A program made the translations under genes and the position numbers. Under the pieces are notes generated by a model. It was not told the origin of the DNA. It made no database searches and was given only the letters and a program-made list of their open reading frames with translations. Shown here one piece after another: positions 56,054 through 64,000 of a stretch of 64,000 nt of DNA (position 1 is its first letter; every line of letters starts with the position of its first letter). This stretch comes from the human T2T-CHM13v2.0 reference genome, Homo sapiens. The stretch lies in NCBI RefSeq assembly GCF_009914755.1, contig NC_060925.1. One strand, written 5' to 3'.

Positions 56054-59020
56054 ACCCCAAAACATACACACACACCCCCATGGATGAGTATATTTGTAAA
56101 ATCTTTGCAAGGGCGGAACTTTCTAGATTTGAAATCAATTAAAAAAAAATCACAAGGGACTGATATCTGATTATACAAAAAGCACAAGCTTTTATACTCA
56201 AACCTGGGGGAAAAGTGTAAATACACCAGAGTAGATAGGGCAAATCAGTACAATTAAATTACCAGAATATAAGCTTCTTGAGGGGCAGAACTTTCAATTC
56301 AAAGCTAAATCCCTAGATTTTAGATAAACAGTGCCTGGCACAGAGCAGGCACTCATATGTTGAATTACTGATTAAGTGAGCAAATAAATCATTCTTGAAT
56401 ATCAATTATTAAACTTTATACACAAAAGCTAAAACATTAAACATTAAAAAAAAACTTGAATTTTTGCAATAAAAAATCCAGATAAAGCAAATTAATACTT
56501 TCATATACCAAACTAGCAAAGACGTAAGATTTTAAAATAATGAAAAAGTGAGCTAAGAACAACACACACACCACTTTTATGGTAGTAAATTGGTACAACC
56601 TTTTAGAAATGCAATTTAGCAACATGTATCAAAATGTGGAGATATTTTTCTTAATAACTGCATTGCAGAAAAGCTCTCCTGGGGAAATCTGAAATGTGAA
56701 AAAAGCTTTATACACAAGTATTTTAACAAATATATTTTTGTAGCAAATTCCTGGAAATAATATAAAGTCTAACACACTTTATAGCTCAAGACGTCATTGT
56801 AACTTATGTAATGCTATGTGGTCATTGGAAACAATATGTGGAAAATGCTTATTCTGTAATAGGAAATGAGACATAAGATATTTATACAGTATGATTTCAA
56901 ATGTATTTAAAGACCAGAAAATCTAATGTTCACAGATGAGAAAACACTTAGCCATCTTAAGGGCACAGCGCTAAAAATGGCAAATGTGGGAACAGAATCC
57001 AGTTCTGACTCCATTCTTAACCACTGCCTTATTCATTCAACCACAATTAAGTTCATACAATGCATCAGCATTATTTTAGGTTCTACTCATATAGTAGGTA
57101 ACACAACAGACAAATATCTCCAGCCTCATAAAGTTTAGACCTTCTACCCTTTTCTACATATTTACTTTTAAACTGAAAAAGTCATTGACAAAATTAGTCC
57201 TCCTTTAATAAAAGCAGAAATGGAACAAATCTCAGGTCAAATTTAAACTTCATTTGTAACTCAAGAAATTGATTAAAGTTCCCTGAAGAACATAAAAGTC
57301 AAAAGACTGGCTTTCAGTCCTGACTCTCAAGTACTTTTAACATCTCTGGGATTTTTTCCTCAAAAGTAAAGTGGGAGCACCTAACTGGTTTCCAAGTTCC
57401 TTTGGGGAGAGGGGGTGGAAATCTATGCTTTGTAATTTATTACAACATCTAAGTTGTTTTTCCCCCCTAATCTGGTCTGCTTGGCTTCTACTGATTGACA
57501 ATCAATTTGGAAAAGGTAGCCTATTTCACCATAAGATCTTTAGAAAACTACTCTGTATTCTCAGACATACCTCCCCTTGACTTCCACTGTTTCTTCCAAT
57601 TTTCTGAACACAACCATTTTTAACACTAATTGCTGTCTTCTGGATAGGTTCTAAGTAATTATTCATTAAAGTGCATTTCACTACTATTCTTAATGTACCC
57701 GACCAATATAAAGTACTGAGTGATTACACTCCTTGATTCTGTAGACTGAAGTTTTATAACTTTGTAAAACTAAAACACATCCCCATCATTTCTTCACAAA
57801 TCACATTAGCGAAATCAGGTTTTCTTTCAGTTCCTCCGTAATGGATCGTTTGTTCCCAAATAAAAAAACTATAACCTAATGCTTTTAAAATGCCTTCTGT
57901 TGGTTAATCTAGTATTCCAATTTGGTGACTAATTTTAAATTATCAGACTCTTTGTAGTTTATCTTTTAATCATTCATTCTCCTACCTTAACACCTGTCTC
58001 ACAGAGTTGTTGAGATGGTTAAATGAGTTGCTGCACGTAAAAAGCCTAAAATAAGTGCTTACGTAGCACATAGGTACTCACAGAACTACTCATTAGGTCT
58101 CTGAAAAAAGCAGGGCAAGGATAGCATCTGGCAGCATACACCTGGAGACTTCTCTAAAATCAGTCTCTTACTAACTGCTATCCATCCAACATTTCTCCAT
58201 ATTGACCATTATGCTATCATGAGCTAGTCTGCCAAGTTATTTATTCACTGGCTCTGGGGTTTTTGCTAGGGATGAAAAGTAAGCTCAATAGTTCCCACAT
58301 CTGACTGAAAAATCAGGACATTTACAGTTCCTGTCATAGGTCTCTATTTGACTACTATCACACACCTAGCAACTAGCACCCTAGCAACCGCCAAGTAATC
58401 CTGTTATTTTCTCACTCATCTGGGGCCTCAGTTTTCTCTTGCTTTGCTATGTTTCAAGTATGAAAATTATTGCATTCAGCAGAAAAAACTAGGAGCGCGA
58501 CAGGAATTTTCTAGTTTTGCTTTTCTCTTGTCTGTCACCTTTAGACTAACCTGGATCAAATCATTCACCAAACAATTCAGGTCTATTTTCACATCTCAAA
58601 CAAATGCTTTATAAGCCTTATTCTTTCTTGCCATTTTATGGCTAATTCTACCCTTCTATATATATTTGTTCCTAATTACGTACTATTTTTACTGATTTTA
58701 CAAAACCCCCCTTTAAAATCTGGGGGTTCCATTGCATTACCAAATCTGTTTTCTTAGCTGTGTGCCCCCTTTAACTGAACTATTTCACAACTGTACAACC
58801 ACAGCCATGTTTTACTGCCAATAATCTTCATCCCAATTGTGGTTTCTTTGTACATATGTAAACATGTAATTTTTAGACAGCTATGGATGCATTTATATAT
58901 TAAAATGTTCATGTAGTAAACTAATATTCAGAATACAAAGATTACACTAAACAAAAAGGACTTCGTTAAATCTATTTCTATAAATCATGTCAATGAAATG
59001 AAAGCCTTAATATCTAATCT

Positions 59021-59320
59021 TGCCAGGCACGGTGGCTCATGCCTGTAATCCCAGCACTTTGGGAGGCCGAGGCGGGTGGATCACAAGGTCAGGAATTCAA
59101 AACCAGACTGGCCAACACGGTGAAACCCCGTCTCTACTAAAAATACAAAAATAAGCCAGGCGTGGTGATGCGCGCCTGTAATTTCAGCTACTCAGGAGAC
59201 TGAGGCAGAAGAATCACCTGAACCTGGGAGGCAGAGGCTGCAGTGAGCCAAGATCACCCCACTGCACTCCAGCCTTGGCGACAGAGCAAGACTCTGTCTC
59301 AGAGAGGAAAAAAAAAAAAA
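59021..59320 (+). mobile_element. Alu (S-like)
   Basis: Alu consensus; TSD ATCTAATCTT. Confidence 0.93.
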
Positions 59321-61259
59321 TCTAATCTTTTATGCTTCAGAACATAAAATTGTGGTTTCAATTTGTGTTAATCTTCCCTATCTAATCCAACAGAATCCAC
59401 AACAATTAGTCTAAAATTATTTTTTAAAAATCAGCTAAGGTAAGAAGAAACAAATAGAAAAACTAAATGCTACAATTACCTTAAAATTAAATAACAGTGT
59501 CTGTTTATGAGACATAGATAATTTTACTATAGTTTTTAGTTGTTAAGGAATAATTCTAGTGCACAGCAAGGTCACTGACACTATTACATAATCCTTCAAT
59601 AAATTGGAAATAAAGTCCTAAGCGCTTCTTGAAATAGCAGTGAAGCTTTTGTAACTGAATGACTTATTTTCATTCTTCATTTTATTTGACCTCTGTAGCA
59701 TCTAAAAAAATGTTTACCATTGACTTCCTGAAATTATCGTTGGTGCTTTTTCCTGACTTCTATGTCTTTGCTCTCTTCATTGGTGCTTCTTCCTTTTATT
59801 ACCTATACACTGATGACTCCTTTCTGAATTCCTTTATGTCTAACTTTAGAAAATCTGGAAACTAAAGATTAAAAAGGAAAATTGCTCTTCATAAGCCTAC
59901 CCTCAAAGTTAACCACTGTTCAATATTCCATACTAGTGTATTTCCTTCAACTTCAGATTGCTATCTAATGAACACAATAGATTTCCATAACATATTTTAA
60001 TATCAGTAAGTTACTACTCTAACTTCCCTATTCCTATGAACAATGAAGGTTTCTAGTTTGCACAACTGGATTTGATAAAGCCATTCTCTCCACATTTATC
60101 TTCAGATTCAATTGGTCCCCAAGTCCTCACTTCTAAATCATCAGAACACCTAGCACCTACCTTTTTCTCTACCTACACCTTAGCTTTTATCTTCCTTATA
60201 CTTGATCCACTGCTTTTGACAGGTCTTCCCATCCTCAGCCTTTCCCTCAAAAGTGTCACCATTTGTCTTTTAAAGGTACACTTCTGAATATTACTTTAAA
60301 ATGTGAAGCAATAAAGCTATCTTACTTTTGGGGGAAAAACCCTTAAGCCCTTGCTTATAGACATCTGATGGCTCTCCTACGGAATAAAGACAAATGCATT
60401 GGGCCAAGCCTCCAGCAAACTTCCCTTTCATAACTCTCCCGCAAAATTATATTCTCTACTCTGTTCATAATGAACAACTTAATATATACCATGTGCTTTC
60501 ACGTAGCCCTGAATCTGCTAATTCTGTTACCTCTATACCTCTACCAATGTCTCTTCTACCTCTTAACAAGGTACTACTCACCTTCAAATATCCCTTTTCT
60601 GTAGGCTTTCTTTACCCTCCTCCTTACCTCCAAGGGAACAGCTTCAGTTATATTCTTAATATTTTATTAGTATCTTTTAGCCTATATTGTGATATTGTGT
60701 AACAAATTGTTCTAAATCATTAAGTCCATTAGTATCTTATTCGTTATATTTCAGCACTAGCAATGCCTAACAATACAGTAGGCATGTCAACCATTCACAA
60801 ATGTGCACTGTATACCGTTCACAAATATGCACTGCAAATGTAGGCATGGATATAAAGTAAGGTTCTTTCCTCAAGAAGCTAACATTGAAGACAGTAGAGA
60901 GAAAGAAACAGACGTCAGTAGCAAATATCACCAAAGTTTCACAGACCCTCATAGAAAGACTGCAATGCACATTCTTATTTGAAATCCTAACTTCTAAATA
61001 GTACAGACGGAGCTTCTCTAAGAGACCAGCAAGTCGAGAGATCAGCATGTATTAATATAATCTGGTATGAAAAATGTTTGACCATAAATACTGTCCTTAT
61101 CTAACAAGAGATAGTGTTGATATTTCATACTAGTTGAGAATAGAAAAACTGTCTTCTGAATACCTTTAGAAAAGAACAAATAAAGATTTTATATTTGACC
61201 AAATAATCAGGAAATCTAGAATTATGGAACTGATTCTTAATAGGAAATTACAAACCTAC

Positions 61260-61646
61260 CTCGCAGTGATACTCAAATATTGCACTTTCAGTAGTATTTG
61301 CTGATTCTTCTTTTTCAGCACACGTTTCAAAGGATGAAAGTTGCTAGTATTAAAAAAAAGAGCGAGAGAAAATGATCTACCAAGCTAATAAAGAATACAA
61401 CTGCTGCTGTACCGGGCAATCTCACAGTACAGCACTGAAGAAAACAAAGACTACTAGCAGCGTTGGGAAGTGCTCTTTCAAAGCTGTTGAGTAGGCACAA
61501 ACTTCTTGTTTCAGATCAAGTGTTGTGTCTTCAACTTAAGTGTACTCTTCTTTGGTCTTGTTAGTTGTTACGAGGTTTGTTCCTTGCCTGATCTGAACTT
61601 GAAGCAGCAGTTTCAGGTGGTAAAGTCTGTTCTGTTACACTTCATA
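61260..61646 (-). other. CSDE1: CSDE1 non-coding exon 2 (387 nt; region reported as the UNR IRES)
   Basis: CTTAAT...TTTTTTACCTTTAG acceptor and GAG|GTAGGT donor. Exon 1 lies beyond the window. Confidence 0.85.
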
Positions 61647-63421
61647 CTAAAGGTAAAAAATGAAGACATTAAGTATAACATACATAAAATAATCAGGGAC
61701 AGTGGGTGAGAAGAGGGACAAACTCATTTCATTAACTTAGAATCATGGGTCATGCAAGTAATGCAGGAAACTTGGAAGCATGCTCATCTGATGTTATTTG
61801 GAGCAATCTCTCAAGTACTAGCAACTACCTCCTTTGGTATCTCATACCCAAGACCTCAAATTATTCCATAGTCTTTATTGACCTCTTCCCCCAAATAAGC
61901 TCAGTTACATGGCATAATGTTTAATTTAGTGCAAGTATTTTATAAGGATCTAGCTCTGTGGAAAACATAAAAGAAGTCCCTGCCATGAGAGCATAGACAA
62001 TCTTGCTGAAAAGACAAGATGTAAACATGGAAAAAAAAAACAGAGTATAGGACAAAAATGCCAAAAATTATTTTGCTCAATTAGTATCTAGGTATCTATT
62101 ATGTCACAGACTATCTAGAAATATTATTTATTGTTTATCCACAACTGCATGTCCATCAAAGCAACCAAGGCTTTTAAATAAGTGGAATTTGAAGTGAACC
62201 TGGAAAATCAGGCAGAATTCTAGGAGAAAGAAAATAGCTGAGTATTCTAGGCATGAAACAGCACATAAGTCAAGCGAGAATATGCCACTAAATTCTTTCT
62301 TCAGAGCAGCGACCATGCATTCTATGATTTTCTAAGCCCAGCATCAAGTGAAGTCTTCTGCATGAATGCCTGTGGCAACATGTGTGGCTTGTTGTTTCAG
62401 AGGAAAATCAACAGGCTAGCCTGGCTAGAACAGAGAGCTGGGCTGAAGTGAAATAGGATATGTAGTGTGACAGGTGTAGCGGAGCCCGATTATGAAGCAT
62501 TTCAACGTGATGTAACAGGAAACAGTGCCTTAGTTTTTGATGAAAGTGGTATTAAGTCTTGAAATCCTAAAGGAGATGACTTAGTAAGCAAACAGAAATC
62601 TCATTTGCACTGCTGCAGTAAATAGATGAGAAATGTCTATAGAAGAGAAATAAAATTTATTTATCAGTAAAAATCACATTTCTGCTTTATATTAGCTATA
62701 AAATAAACAACAATTTTGCACTGACTCCAAAGTTACAAAATGGTGTTAACGAAAATTATTTCTACAGAGATAAGAAAAAGGTGTACGTGCTGAGAAATGG
62801 ATATTTGAAAACATCAGAAGAATGATTATCAGGTGAGAGGTCAGAGCTGATTAAATAGCTCAGACCAGAAGAGCCTAATCGCAATCACTGGTACTAGTAA
62901 ATACCATGAACAAGTTATTTAATCTCTCTAAGTTTCACTTTCCTCACATGTAAAATAAAAACTCAATAACAGCTGATCTGGCCATTTTCTATTCTCTAAC
63001 ATCCCATGTTCCTTCAAATATCAAATGTTACATACACTTGTCTGATCTTTCAACTTTATTTAGATCATTCTCCTATTACCCAGACTAGATATATGTCTCA
63101 GGGTAATGGTGCTCAAATACTTGGGAAGCTTTAAAAAAAAAAAAACAAAAACAAACCTATGCCCAGCCTCCACTCAGAGTAATACAACTGGTTTGAGGTA
63201 GGGCCACTTCTTTAACTATCTTGATTCTTCCCCTCTCCATCACCATACCCAATGTTGCAAGTTGTGTTAGTATTTCCCTCGCTATATCTTTTGTATTCAT
63301 CTCTTATCCTACTAAGTGACATATTTTAGCTCAGGTGTCTAATATATCCGCCAACTTCCAGTGTGCACACTTTCCATTTTCTGTCACATACCACCACCAG
63401 ACTATCAAAAACTTGAATTTT

Positions 63422-63699
63422 GGCCAGGTGAGTTGGCTCACGCCTGTAATCCCAGCACTTTGGGAGGCCTTGGCAGGAGGTCTGCTTGAGCCCAGGAGCT
63501 CCAGACCAGCCTGGGCAACGTGGAGAAACCCCATCTCTACTAAAAATACAAAAAATTAGCCAGGCATGGTGGTATACGCCTGGAGCCTCAGCTACTTAGG
63601 ACTGGGAAGTCAAGGCTGCAGAGAACAAGATAGTGACACAGCACTACAGCCTGGGAGACAGATCAGAACCTTGTCTCAAAAAACAAAACAAAACAAAAA
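63422..63699 (+). mobile_element. Alu (J-like)
   Basis: Alu consensus with a shortened right arm. Confidence 0.88.
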
Positions 63700-64000
63700 C
63701 TCTCCAATTTCATTTCTCATCTCCCCTGTCAAACATCTTCAGTTATTTTTCCACCATTCTAGATGGGAAGTTTTTAATCCTGGCTATCCACCCACCCCCA
63801 GCAACCTTAAACAAACAAACAAACAAAAACCAACAAAATCAAAGCCTGAGTCCCGTACAAAGATTCTAAATTTAACTACACTAGGTTAGGTGCCAGGCCT
63901 TGTTATCTCCCCCCAACCCCTGCTCCAAGTGTTTCTGACTTCCAGCCAGGATTAAGAACTACTATTCCAGGTGTCTCTATTCTACCTTCCATCCTTACTC

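Noticed and set aside
60791-60838. Degenerate 24-bp tandem duplication (and a 12-bp one at 444-467)
   Set aside because: Ordinary slippage products with no functional context.

Overview
Human (non-bacterial) genomic DNA matching the chr1p13.2 AMPD1-NRAS-CSDE1 cluster; all three genes are on the minus strand. The window holds three genes. (1) The 5' end of AMPD1: exons 1-3, including the 12-nt micro-exon, and a promoter with a perfect MEF2 site. (2) The complete NRAS gene: 7 exons, wild-type codons 12/13/61, two 3'UTR introns and a long 3'UTR. (3) CSDE1/UNR from non-coding exon 2 to its distal poly(A) site; the coding exons I delimited sum to 2397 nt (798 aa plus stop), and there is an alternative 46-codon N-terminal exon. 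The CSDE1 3' end lies only about 145 nt from the probable NRAS start site. The rest is Alu-rich intronic and intergenic DNA with a 7SL retrocopy, a Y1 RNA retrocopy, an ERVL-type LTR, L1 fragments and hAT DNA-transposon relics. The most interesting signal is a stop/start (AUGA) overlap at the NRAS start codon: NRAS uORFs, a CSDE1-3'UTR read-through ORF and a CSDE1 exon19->NRAS exon2 splice would all terminate there. Other signals worth checking: a G4 that could serve both CSDE1 3' processing and the NRAS 5' region, internal splice acceptors inside the UNR IRES exon, a ~140-bp hairpin downstream of the NRAS poly(A) site, an MBNL/RBFOX-like cluster in AMPD1 intron 2, and several templated micro-inversions. 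Gene and repeat identities come from my recognition of the sequence, not from a search. Repeat boundaries are approximate.
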